DNA of 64,000 nt from Amphiscolops sp. MND2022. Taxonomy: Eukaryota. Positions 36,101-46,384 of the stretch are shown here, piece after piece (position 1 is the stretch's first letter; the number at the start of each line of letters is the position of its first letter). The translations under genes were made by a program, and so were the position numbers. Under the pieces are notes generated by a model. The model saw only the letters and a list, made by a program, of their open reading frames with translations. It was not told the DNA's origin and did no database searches. The DNA is taken from contig OZ076413.1 of assembly GCA_964187785.1 (NCBI GenBank), positions 27,466,001 through 27,530,000 of the forward strand, read 5' to 3'.

Positions 36101-37319
36101 TGCTAGTGATGGCACATATCAACCGTCCTATTGATAACTAGGGCAGCCCTTCCTTTTATATAGTGGTAAAGGCCGAAAAAGTTGAGCTTCATAGGATTAA
36201 TACCCGCAATTCTTTTCAATTTCATTGTATTTTGAGCATTCTCGTGCCGTATATAACCTTAGCTATTCGTCATAGCTAATAACTTGGTAATATGGTTCAA
36301 ATGCACATGATGATAGTCAATTATGGCTGCGGGACCTGTCGCTCAAAGCCGTGCGCAAATTCCTTTGCGCCTATGTTTTTATTTGGTGCGGGGCTCGAGC
36401 CCACGTTTCTCAAACCGCAGAAAATTTAGGTTCTTCTCTGGGCCAAGTGGCAGTTAGAAGTTACTGTATTAATTAGTTATTAAACCTGTCACTTCGCGTG
36501 TTTTAAAAAAGCCATTGCTATCGTCGGCTTTTACTTCGTATTCCCACATAACAATGTAGGCTGTTTTGTAGGCCAAAAAAGTTCACCGAAGGGTGCAATT
36601 GGATACTCAGGTCGAAAAAATCGATTGAGAATTCATCCTATTGCTGTTAGAAACGTCAGTAGGCCAACTTGTGTTTCGCCCATCCTGACAAAAGACAAGG
36701 CTGTAAGGCATTTGTAAACTTGGGGACGTAGTCCAGAGATTAATCTTACAGCATGCTTTGATTCTGTGGGTCCATTTCGCTCAATAAATCATTTCATTTT
36801 CAATGATTCTTTTTTCCAGATTCATTCAAATGTCATTTATTTTCTGAGAATATTTGAAATTTCTTCAAATTGTCTGCGAACGGCCTTCAAACTATCCATC
36901 TTTTATGTCAAAGTGTAGTCACTGTGCGTTATATTATTGTTTACCTGTTCTACATGGGTTGCAATCAAGACGGCCAACAACTCCAATGAAAATGTGAACT
37001 GTATAATGCGACAAAGACAATTGTACCGCCGAAAGAAGGTTGATACATATGGGTCACATATACTCCATCTAGTGGAATCACACACTAACCAACAACGACC
37101 TTTTCCGTGGAAACCCACTATAAGCACCCAGAAAGCACAGACTTTTATACCTCATCTACATTGACGTTAAAATGATTGTGAAATGATCGAGAGTCGTGCC
37201 GTCCTGAACTGAAGGGAATATCCGAGGACGATGTCCGAAATGTGAACAATTGCTGGTGGCACTGCTGAAATCATTTGTTTCAACTTAACTTTCTGAATGT
37301 TTTTCGAGTATTGAAGATA

Positions 37320-37733
37320 ATGGAGTTTGAGAGAATAGAGGGTCGACGAAAGGGGTCCACGTTATTTTGTGCTGATGGTTACATCTATACCAAAAATAAT
37401 GAATATAAAGGTAAAGTTAATTTAAGATGCGCAGCCTACAAAAAGAATTGTACAGGAACTGCTTACATTGACGTGGGAATGCTTTTCACGAACAAGCCTC
37501 ATAACCATCCCAGAAATTTTGAAGAGGTTGAGAAAATCAAAGTCGAAGCCCGAATCAAAAAACAGTCCGAATCGTTGACAAAGACTCACCGCGATATTTA
37601 TAATGAAAATACTCAGGCTAGCAATGTTGAGATACGCAGTTTTGCCAAAATATCTTCTGTAATGCGGAAGCGCAGGGCCAATTCTTTCCCCAAAGTTCTT
37701 AACAAGCCAGAAGATTTTTTATTGTGGTTTTAG
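37320..37733 (+). CDS. FLYWCH-type zinc-finger ORF (137 aa): truncated MULE transposase N-terminus or derived gene
   Basis: DGYIY...LRC....NCTG....HNHP pattern, then IYNE...ISSVMRKRR..FPK, as in MULE transposase N-termini. No DDE domain seen. Confidence 0.6.
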   Translation: MEFERIEGRRKGSTLFCADGYIYTKNNEYKGKVNLRCAAYKKNCTGTAYIDVGMLFTNKPHNHPRNFEEVEKIKVEARIKKQSESLTKTHRDIYNENTQASNVEIRSFAKISSVMRKRRANSFPKVLNKPEDFLLWF

Positions 37734-38106
37734 ATCCATTTTTGCATGTATGCTATGAAACATTTTACTGCTCGGTAGGTAGGAATATAGCAGAAATTGC
37801 GAGCCAGTTTGGCAACCTGCCCTTATGAGCAATTACACCAAAAGGTTTTCTTATATTAGTGCTTGGCATGGTATTGTAGTAAATGTTCGTACCAGTCCCT
37901 GACACATAATTTATTGTTTTTTGCATGAGTTTTTTGCCAAACACGTATCAAAAATGTATACGAACTGTTCTCTCTTATCAGATTAAAGACCTTTTCTTCA
38001 AATTCAGAGTAATATTTTGTCTTGCTCAAGAACGAAGCTTATAGTCCAATATTTGCTGCTTTCAGCCTTGATTTCGGAGATCCTTTTCACAAAATTCGTA
38101 AATTTA

Positions 38107-38430
38107 ATTTTTAATATTTCTGCTTTAGCAGGAATGTTATTGTAACCTCAAAGTTGGTCCTTTTTTTTCAGTCGTCAAATTTCGTCCTACTGAATAATTC
38201 AGATATTTTGTTCGGCAGTGAGTGTAAGCGTGGGAAAGCTGCCGACAACAATTCAATTCTAGTGCGATAGAACGAGCGAGTGGTAATTATCCATTCGTAT
38301 GCTGACGTCATTGAGATGAAGCGAATGAGTGTTAATTATTCGTTCGTTGAGAGCTTCGCCTGCATTCAAATGCGAATGCGAAACTTCGTCTACGCTTAGT
38401 TATATTTTCTTTAGTCCGAGAAGAATTAAA
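38107..38430 (+). repeat. ~330-bp interspersed repeat, copy 1 (copy 2 at 44972-45353)
   Basis: Direct match to 44972-45353; contains TGACGTCA at 38303-38310. Confidence 0.9.
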
Positions 38431-38791
38431 GGCGGTGTAAACTTGTACAGTGATTAATTGTGCTCTAAGTAATGATTAAACAGGAGTGTATTGGTATTCC
38501 AGATATGATTCTTTTATTAATGATTTTTTGTTTTAAAAAAATAAAGATTAAAGCAGAAATAGTACTGAGCCCCGGAGGGGCCTATTTTTCAAAAAATGTT
38601 TGGAATTGAAAAATTACTGCAGATTTTTGGGCTGTAAAATGAAGATGAAACAGATAATGTTGGAATTGGCTACTTTGATGCTTTTAATTTAACTGTCCAC
38701 AGTACTTCAGTTTTCACTGCGTTTATTTTTCTAGATTATCGCATGGTCGGTCTTTAACGTAGTAACCCGCAAGGTTGTTCATGACCTGACA

Positions 38792-40426
38792 ATGTCGGTT
38801 GAAGCTTCTTACGTTGGGTGTAGCAGTTGCTGTATCTCGAGTTGTCGAGAGGAAGGCCAGTTGCTGTACGTGCCAGTGCCATTGAGTGTGATCAACGAAG
38901 CTATTGACAGATCAAATGGGGAAAAGTTTTCAGTTGTGGTCAACATATCCCTTGAAAACGAACCTAAATCTCCTGAGAGAAGCCCGGTTTCCATTACAGA
39001 TGTTGGTACCCTTGATGAAAGGAAGGACAGTCTTAACAAGAAATTGTCTGCTAGAAGAACTCCCAGCGAGCTAAGAGATATGGGAATCCTATTATCTTCG
39101 CCATGTTTCCAAGCTGGCTCAATCCTCCAGAAATCACACGATCTTGAACGAGCGCGTGTTGGAAATCGTCTCTCTCAGAAGTTGAAATTGAGACCGGATA
39201 AGGATATTCTGGTTTCCCATAATATACTACGAGGATCCAATTTGGAACCCTTTGTGACTCAAACTCACAACAAGCTGAAAAGAAAATGGATTGAAGAGCA
39301 AATAGATCACTTCATTGCCAACAGACCCTTGCCTGAGAGCATACCGCACAATATAATGCACAGTCCAGCAAATGCTTCAAGTTCATCTGGAGGTATGGAG
39401 CAACAGTCATCAATTACCGACGGCCGCGTTCAATCGCAGTCTCAACGTCAGATGAGTATCTCAAATGTTCCTTCTCCACCTCCTTTACCGGTAACGATCA
39501 ACACTGATAACAAAATTAGAAGAGCGGTGACTAGTACTACATCCATTATTAAATCTGGAGGCTTCATATTCCACGAAGCTAGCCCCGAAGTTCGAACCAA
39601 TGATGAAATACGGAACAAACAGCAAGCTGTTATGGATAAAATTCTAAATACATCACCATCTTTGGATGCGGAAGTGTCTCAAATCTATCAAGGGATGACT
39701 GTGCCTGATTTGAAAGCCTTGTGTCGTCAGAGGGGTTTTACCGTGAGACAGAAAGCTACTAAGTCCGAATTGATTAAAATGCTAATGAACCAAGAGGAGG
39801 CCAAGAAAAATACTCGAGTAAGCCCTCCTACTGAAAGCCATGTTCAAAAAAGGGTTAGCAAACCGATGCCCAAAATAACCAAAGAAGAAATCAGTAAAAT
39901 CATAAATAGAGTACCATCATCGTCATCCCTTAGTGGTCTAGCCCAACTGTCGCTGGGCAGTCCAAACCCAAACTCAAACCCAGCCTCAGTTCAAAGTGCT
40001 CAAGTGCCATTGGTCTCACCGCCGTCGATTGCATCTGTTCACGAGCCTTGGTCTCTGCCTAATATAGACATGGTAGGATGTCGTCTGCCTTCGGAAGGCA
40101 GCTCAATGTCTGCGAATGATTTAGATATGATGGCAGATCAGCAAAGCATGTCTAGCCATTATAACGTTGATACAACGACTTTTCACGATAATCACTCCTG
40201 CATGAACGTTATGCAGTTTGATTCCAGCACTCAGTTCGTACCTAATTCAGATAATTCCACTACTTGTGCATCGTTCTATGGGAACGAGGACTTATTAGAT
40301 AGTAATCAAGAATTCTTGGTTTTCAACGAAGACGGAAAAACTTTCTTGGATAACTGCAGCCCCAATGCTTTCGAAGATTTACTTAACATGTCTCCGTTGA
40401 ATTCCGTCGAACCGTGCAATTTATGA
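38792..40426 (+). CDS. MRTF: Myocardin-related transcription factor-like protein (3 RPEL-like motifs plus SAP domain), single coding exon, 544 aa
   Basis: LNKKLSARRTPSELRDMGIL, LSQKLKLRPDKDILVSHNIL and IDHFIANRPLPESIPHNIM; SAP MTVPDLKALCRQRGFTVRQKATKSELIKML; acidic C-terminus. Confidence 0.85.
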   Translation: MSVEASYVGCSSCCISSCREEGQLLYVPVPLSVINEAIDRSNGEKFSVVVNISLENEPKSPERSPVSITDVGTLDERKDSLNKKLSARRTPSELRDMGILLSSPCFQAGSILQKSHDLERARVGNRLSQKLKLRPDKDILVSHNILRGSNLEPFVTQTHNKLKRKWIEEQIDHFIANRPLPESIPHNIMHSPANASSSSGGMEQQSSITDGRVQSQSQRQMSISNVPSPPPLPVTINTDNKIRRAVTSTTSIIKSGGFIFHEASPEVRTNDEIRNKQQAVMDKILNTSPSLDAEVSQIYQGMTVPDLKALCRQRGFTVRQKATKSELIKMLMNQEEAKKNTRVSPPTESHVQKRVSKPMPKITKEEISKIINRVPSSSSLSGLAQLSLGSPNPNSNPASVQSAQVPLVSPPSIASVHEPWSLPNIDMVGCRLPSEGSSMSANDLDMMADQQSMSSHYNVDTTTFHDNHSCMNVMQFDSSTQFVPNSDNSTTCASFYGNEDLLDSNQEFLVFNEDGKTFLDNCSPNAFEDLLNMSPLNSVEPCNL

Positions 40427-40576
40427 AATCACGATGACGTTAAAAAAGACTCTATGTCCCAGATAATGGATAAATTTAATATTTTTTCAATTGATTTCAT
40501 ATTAGATGTTGAATTAGAATTGAAGATATTTTCATGATCTATTTTTCATGTTTTTCGCCTTTCTCTCAAATGTTTT

Positions 40577-40651
40577 TCGCCTAGTGGTTAGGATGCGCGC
40601 GCACCAAGCAGGAGGTAGTGGGTTCTAACCTCGGCGAGGATTAAAATTTTT
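40577..40651 (+). mobile_element. tRNA-derived SINE head (same family as 28445)
   Basis: TCGCCTAGTGG A-box, GGTTCTAACCT B-box-like, ends AAAATTTTT. Confidence 0.55.
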
Positions 40652-41065
40652 AATGTTTGCAAATCTTGAAATGATCAAAGGATTTTTCCGTCACTGCGAT
40701 TTCCACTGTTTTAACTTCGTTTTTCGAGTCAAATTTTCTTCCACCAATTTGTTTCTTTAAATGCTTCAAGTAAGAGAAAAGCGGTTTTAGAGGCCACATG
40801 GCACCCTTTGGGAGATTTTTGGCTCTCTGAAATGTTCAAGAGTTTCCTAAGAGCCACTCTTGAGTAATTTACAATACTTTGTGCCTTTTAAGCTTTAAAT
40901 TAAAATGGTCTCAAGATGAAAGTTTCAGGATTTTTGTTTGTTCGAAAAATGTCATTTAATTAGGATGCAAAAATAAAAGGTTTTAAATGTCAAATTGGAA
41001 TTTCACTTTCAAATTTGCAATTGTATAATTTGATTCATAGTACGCCAAATGATTTTCAGAGCACA

Positions 41066-41244
41066 ATGAGTTCAACTAAAGTGTACGTTGGCAACCTGCA
41101 TCGCGATACAGACAAAGACGATCTTCGAAATGCGTTCGAGAAATACGGAGAAGTTGATGAAATCAACATGAAAGAAGGGTTTGCGTTCGTGATGATGAAA
41201 GATGATCGAGATGTGAGCGATGCCATCAAAGGGCTCCATGAAAA
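41066..41244 (+). CDS. SRSF7: SRSF3/7-type SR protein, exon 1 (RRM); CDS join(41066..41244,42803..42979,43933..44068), 163 aa
   Basis: KVYVGNL (RNP2), EGFAFV (RNP1); donor AA|GTAAGT; phases are consistent across exons. Confidence 0.9.
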
Positions 41245-42802
41245 GTAAGTTGGAAGTTGTGATGAAGTACAATTTAAGAACTTTCCAAGGTCAGTAGAAG
41301 CCGGTGATGTCAACTCTATAATGACATGGTATACAAATGCTCGCACATCATACATTACGAACCTCAAACATATCACATTACTGTTATTGAAGTTCTAAAT
41401 GTTTTGCATTTGATAAGTGCATTTCTTTGTAATGTATCTTTGATTTTGATCATACAAGAATTCGGATCACTGCTTCCACAATTCTGATAAGTTTAGCGAG
41501 CATTTCCGTTTCGGTGACCTCTCAGCTTTCAACTCTTAGAGGCTGTGTAAATGTTTCTAATTTGTTCCGCGTGGTGTGTGTTTCTAATTTTCGGACTACC
41601 ATACTTCTCTCTTGAATCTCTGAAAAATGCTTCGTTTCCCTGAAAAGTTCACATGGCAATCAAGACTGCATATAGGATGCATAAGATTGAAAATTTTATA
41701 AATTTCTATTGAAATAAAATTCACGAGAGCTCAAGGAGATGTTCTAAACGGCGTCTCATAGTAGGAGCTTCTTTCAGTATAGTTCATTTTAACCATTCCT
41801 CTATCGCTGATTTTGAACGTGCCCATTTTGCGAAAAATATACATTTGCTCGTCTGTTTAAGTCAACTTATCTACTTGATCAAAGCTTTGAATTGACATTG
41901 TGTTTATTCAGTGTCTCATTATTCGTGACATTTCTTCCTAAAATTTTGAATGAGGTTGAATGAAACAGTGTTCTGTCAACCATTAGGTTGTATTGTATTT
42001 CCATCTTGTAGAATGGCCTAATACATGGTCAAATCAATATAGTCATGTAGTCGCAATAATAAACCTTTCGTTTCCAGAGGATGAATAGCCGTACAGATTA
42101 TTATTCATCCTTTCACTTCATGATTCTCTCGCAACTCATGAAGTTCAAAATGTGAATCTAAGTAACGGAGTTATCGATGATTTTTAGTTATGATTGTATT
42201 TGAAAATTGATAGATTAATGGCTCCAAAAACGCAAATAAAACAATTTGTTGTGCATATAACCATGCGTCTGACTGCTTGCAATAGTTTTTACTTAGTTTC
42301 AGAATTATTTCACTTTGTGCAGTTTCAGGTTGAAATTGTTTCAATGTAATATCATAAGTTTTGACTATTCCGACTTTTCTTGAATATTATACATTGACAG
42401 GCGTGAAAACGGCCAGCTTGAAGCCGTTTTGAATATGGCTGAGGATCAGCTGTGCACAGTTTTCACTTGGAATTATTAATAAAATCTAGGAATATAAAAT
42501 CGTGTGGATTCTTCAGAAACCTGCGCATGCCGACCCAAGAAAAATACTTCTCAACCCATTTTTAAACATTCTAAAATATTTCATTTCTGAACCAACCAAG
42601 TCTCAACTATGTAAGATGTACCCTCGACTCCAACAGGTATTTCGAAGTGAAGGGTGTATAAGCGGACCAGTTTGGTCGGGTAAAGTGAATTAGTTGTACG
42701 GTTGATTTTCCCTCTCTATCACTCTATCCGGCTTTGTATCTTCCAAGAGAACAGCGGACAACTAAAACGTCAAGATCATGAATGAAACTGGTTTCGCTGC
42801 AG

Positions 42803-42979
42803 GGACATTGGGTCGAGCACCAAAGTGAGGGTTGAGTACCCCAGAGAACGCAGAGCAGGTGGCGGCGGTGGAGGAGGCCGTGAATGCTACAACTGTGGCA
42901 GACCTGGACACTTCGCCCGGGAATGCCGAAGTGGTGGGGGCAGTGGCGGAGGAGGCTTCCGTGGCCGTGGTGGTGGAAG
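42803..42979 (+). CDS. SRSF7: SR protein exon 2 (end of RRM, CCHC zinc knuckle, RGG)
   Basis: Acceptor CTGCAG|; KVRVEY...[15 protein letters not shown]; donor AG|GTTATT. Confidence 0.9.
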
Positions 42980-43244
42980 GTTATTAATGTGTTCTCTCTT
43001 TAAAGCCATCTAGTATTCTTGTTTGTCTTGATCGCTGTCTTGTGTTCAATCCTGAAATTGAGTGCTTATATTTTTTAACAAAATTGAAACTGTATGCTAT
43101 ATATGGCCCTATAAAGCATATAAGATGGATGGGAATGAATCAAAATGAAATCATGGTTCTAATAAAAGATGAAATTGTTGTGATGGGTTGGTATTAGGCA
43201 TAGATGAAAACCAGTGAGTAAATTACGTCAATTGATCTTTTCAG

Positions 43245-43820
43245 ATCAGGTCCACTTCTGCAGCAGCTCGAAAGCATCATTGCACAAGTGCTTCTCACTC
43301 TGTGAGACCAGGGCAAGAACTGCTCAACTGAAAAGCTTCTCAAAACTGCGACTGCTACTACAGTTGAACCATGTACCCCCGTACACTTCACGCATTCCTA
43401 GTTTCCTTGGCATTTGAACAGGCAACCATTCCATTTTGGGGCGGGATAGCTAGCAGTGGCGGTCATGCTTCTCTTGAGTCCTAGTTTCCTCTGCTCTCTA
43501 AGTTCTAAAAAGATCGCAAGCTCTTAATTCTTTTGGGAAGCAGGCACTGATGCGCTTCGTATGTAAAGCATCGAACTGTTGAGTCTTCTTTCCTTCCTCA
43601 GGGTTTTAAACCAGCTGCATGCTGTAAAAGCGGCCGATTGAAAGAGTATAATCAACCGTGGACGTGGCATAGATGAAAAGAAAGAGGGACAAAGAAGACA
43701 TGAATTGTGGAGAAGACAGAAGGGAATAATAAACAATTGATGTTGAGACTTAAAATCTGTTGTGAAAAATGTCATGTTGCTTCTTGTCCTTACCTTAGTT
43801 CTAGCTCGATGAGGTGGCAG
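43245..43820 (+). other. Candidate poison (PTC-containing) cassette exon in SR-gene intron 2
   Basis: Acceptor TCTTTTCAG| at 43244, donor CAG|GTGAGT at 43820, in-frame TGA at 43303-43305. Confidence 0.6.
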
Positions 43821-43932
43821 GTGAGTTTTTTTTACCATCAATCAAGAAATATAATTCAACTAATTCAATCTGTGAACATATGTCTTTAGAATACAGTTGA
43901 GTTGAATTTAAAAAGCTGAATTGTTTTCACAG

Positions 43933-44068
43933 ACCTGGTGGATACGGCGATCGTGACGATGGTTACGGGGGTAGCAGAGGCCGAGACGGTGGCCGCGATC
44001 GCGATGGAGGTCGAGATAGCTACAGAGCAAGAAGCCCCAACTACGGAAGAGATGGGGGCAGATACTAA
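43933..44068 (+). CDS. SRSF7: SR protein exon 3 (RD/RS/G-rich tail, stop)
   Basis: Acceptor TTTTCACAG|; PGGYGDRDDGYGGSRGRDGGRDRDGGRDSYRARSPNYGRDGGRY*. Confidence 0.85.
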
Positions 44069-44743
44069 AAGAGTTCACTGTTCAATGCATACTCTCAACG
44101 CATTTTTAAGCCGTACTTAAGTTATATTTACTTTTAAACAATCCCAAACTAGAAAGACAACCTTGTATTCCTGTGAGCCAGGTGCAACTTTCGTGGTAAT
44201 GATCTGGCAACTATCCTCATGGATTTTTAAGGAAATGTCTTTGGTTGACTTCTGCATGACCTATTATTCGTTCGAACATGGAAGTTTGATTTTGTTTCTA
44301 TATAAATGTGCAATTAGTTGAGTATTTAGGATATCCTTTCCGTCACCTTTATCCGTAAATAAACTTTTTGGCAATCTTTTTTCTTGAGTGTAGGAGCAAA
44401 TAGTTGATTCAGCCGGTGAAAAGAAGACCATGAACAAGCGCTGAAAAGAATTTCACTTTATCAATCGTTACAAAAGGAACTCTTGTTGCGAAATCGAACT
44501 ACGGATGGTGCGAATCTTCAGCAAAAAAAAATCCGTTTCTCCTACGTATGGCAAGAGCCTTACAATCAAATCAAAGCTGAGAAATATTAGACAGTATGCA
44601 TTAAAGTTTAGTTAATTGGTTAAGGCGAGACGCTTTTGAATAATATAAAAGTGGGGTGAAATGAACGCACACCCACAGTTTTTTCTCTTAGTAGCTGGTG
44701 AGATGAATCGTTTTGACATAAAGCGAGATTTGAATGCTGACTA

Positions 44744-44903
44744 CAGTCAACTCCGGTTAATTCGTATGCATCGGAGACCAAAGTAATACCCGGTTAATTC
44801 GTATGCATCGGAGACCAAAGTAATATCCGGTTAATTCGTATTTCTCATTAACTCGTACTATTTCATTCGGTCCCTTGCGATACGAATTAGCCAGATTCAT
44901 CTG
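44744..44903. mobile_element. Short Tc1/mariner-like MITE with an internal 37-bp tandem duplication
   Basis: TA-CAGTCAACTCCGGTTAATTCG left end, imperfect inverted right end ending CTG-TA; CCGGTTAATTCGTA at 44753, 44790 and 44827. Confidence 0.6.
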
Positions 44904-44971
44904 TATTTGATGATTTTTCAGATACTGCTTTCTCTTGCTTTTGATTCCGAAAGGTGATTATCAAAGTGAAG

Positions 44972-45353
44972 ATTTTTAATATTTCTGCTTTAGCAGGAAT
45001 ATTATTGAAATCCGAAAATGTCTACTTATTTTTTTTTTCAGTACAATTTTTCGGACGATCTGAATAATTCAGTTATTTTGATCGGCAGTGAGTGTAAGCG
45101 AGAGAGCTGCCGAAGACAATTCAATTCTAGTACGATGGAACGAGCGAGTGGTAATTATCCATTCGTATGCTGACGTCATTGAGATGAAGCGAGCGAATGT
45201 TCGTAATTGTGCTTTCGTTGCCCCGAGTTATTGAGATGAAGCGAATGAGTGTTAATTATTCGTTCGTTGAGAGCTTCGCCTGCATTCAAATGCGAATGCG
45301 AAACTTCGTCTACGCTTAGTAGTTATATTTTCTTTAGTCCGAGAAGAATTAAA
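44972..45353 (+). repeat. ~330-bp interspersed repeat, copy 2, with an extra ~50-bp segment bounded by TTGAGATGAAGCGA direct repeats
   Basis: Direct match to 38107-38430; TGACGTCA at 45171-45178. Confidence 0.9.
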
Positions 45354-46384
45354 ATTAAATTCCAAAATTATTTCTGCTCCGGGAAATCAGTACGGAATTT
45401 AAAGATCGGAATTTTGTTCAAATATGAAAAAGTAAAACGCACAACACTGATCACTAAACAGATGTACAGTAATTCATAATGAAGTCATCAACAAGACAAG
45501 ACAAAATCAACTGATTCTTCTTTTTCAAAGAACGATTCTTCAGCAAAAGTTTCAATACTCTATTGAGTTTTTTTTGGTTGTTTTTGAGTTTTAGCACAAA
45601 ACATTGCATCAATCAAAAACATTCAAAGTTTCAAAATGCGCAAATCTTTCAAGTATGCTTATAAGCCGTTTTCAAGAAAGTCCAAGTTGATCCTGGAAAA
45701 GTTTGTATAATGACCACCTTCCCTTTCACCAAAACACTCTGGCCACTTGACTAACCAGACCTGTAATACGCTAAGTTATAAGTTTAGTTGAAAGATTTGA
45801 AATGATAGATGAAATTTCATTCAATTCGTGGGATCTCACTGTATTTTCCTTTTTCTTTGCTATAAAAATACAAAAGTTGAGAATTTTCAGCTGTCCAAGT
45901 AATATTTAAGTTGCCTTTCGATTAATATTATCGCAAACGACTTTTAATTGTAGTGAATTCTCGCTCTTCCTCTCATTTCTTGTCCTGTAATGCATTCATG
46001 TCCCAAGAATGCATTCAATGCTCTTCTATGCGCCTCCTGTTAAGCTATAAACGTTTTTCACGGATCATCTTAAGCTCGGTTTAGTATATGCAACAAAAAT
46101 ATGCCACTTGATGTATTTATCAATGCTTCAAACAGATAACACGGAAAGTGACATCAAAAATTAGAAGCGGAATTTTGGTTTGTGGACATGCTCTGTATTA
46201 TGAACTGTTTGTTGTCTTTATCAAAATTATGCTCATTTAAAACCTCTAATGGCTTTACTCTCGCTCGGAGTGATTTTAGATGCAATTTTCAACTATTTGT
46301 TTTACATGACTGCATGAAATTTGTTAATTTTTTTCAGATAATGTGACGAATTTGTGCTTAGCTTCCGTGAGCAGCAGTTGTTTG

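Noticed and set aside
35700-37200. Possible transposase or endonuclease relic
   Set aside because: No catalytic motif could be recovered in any frame by eye; left unannotated.
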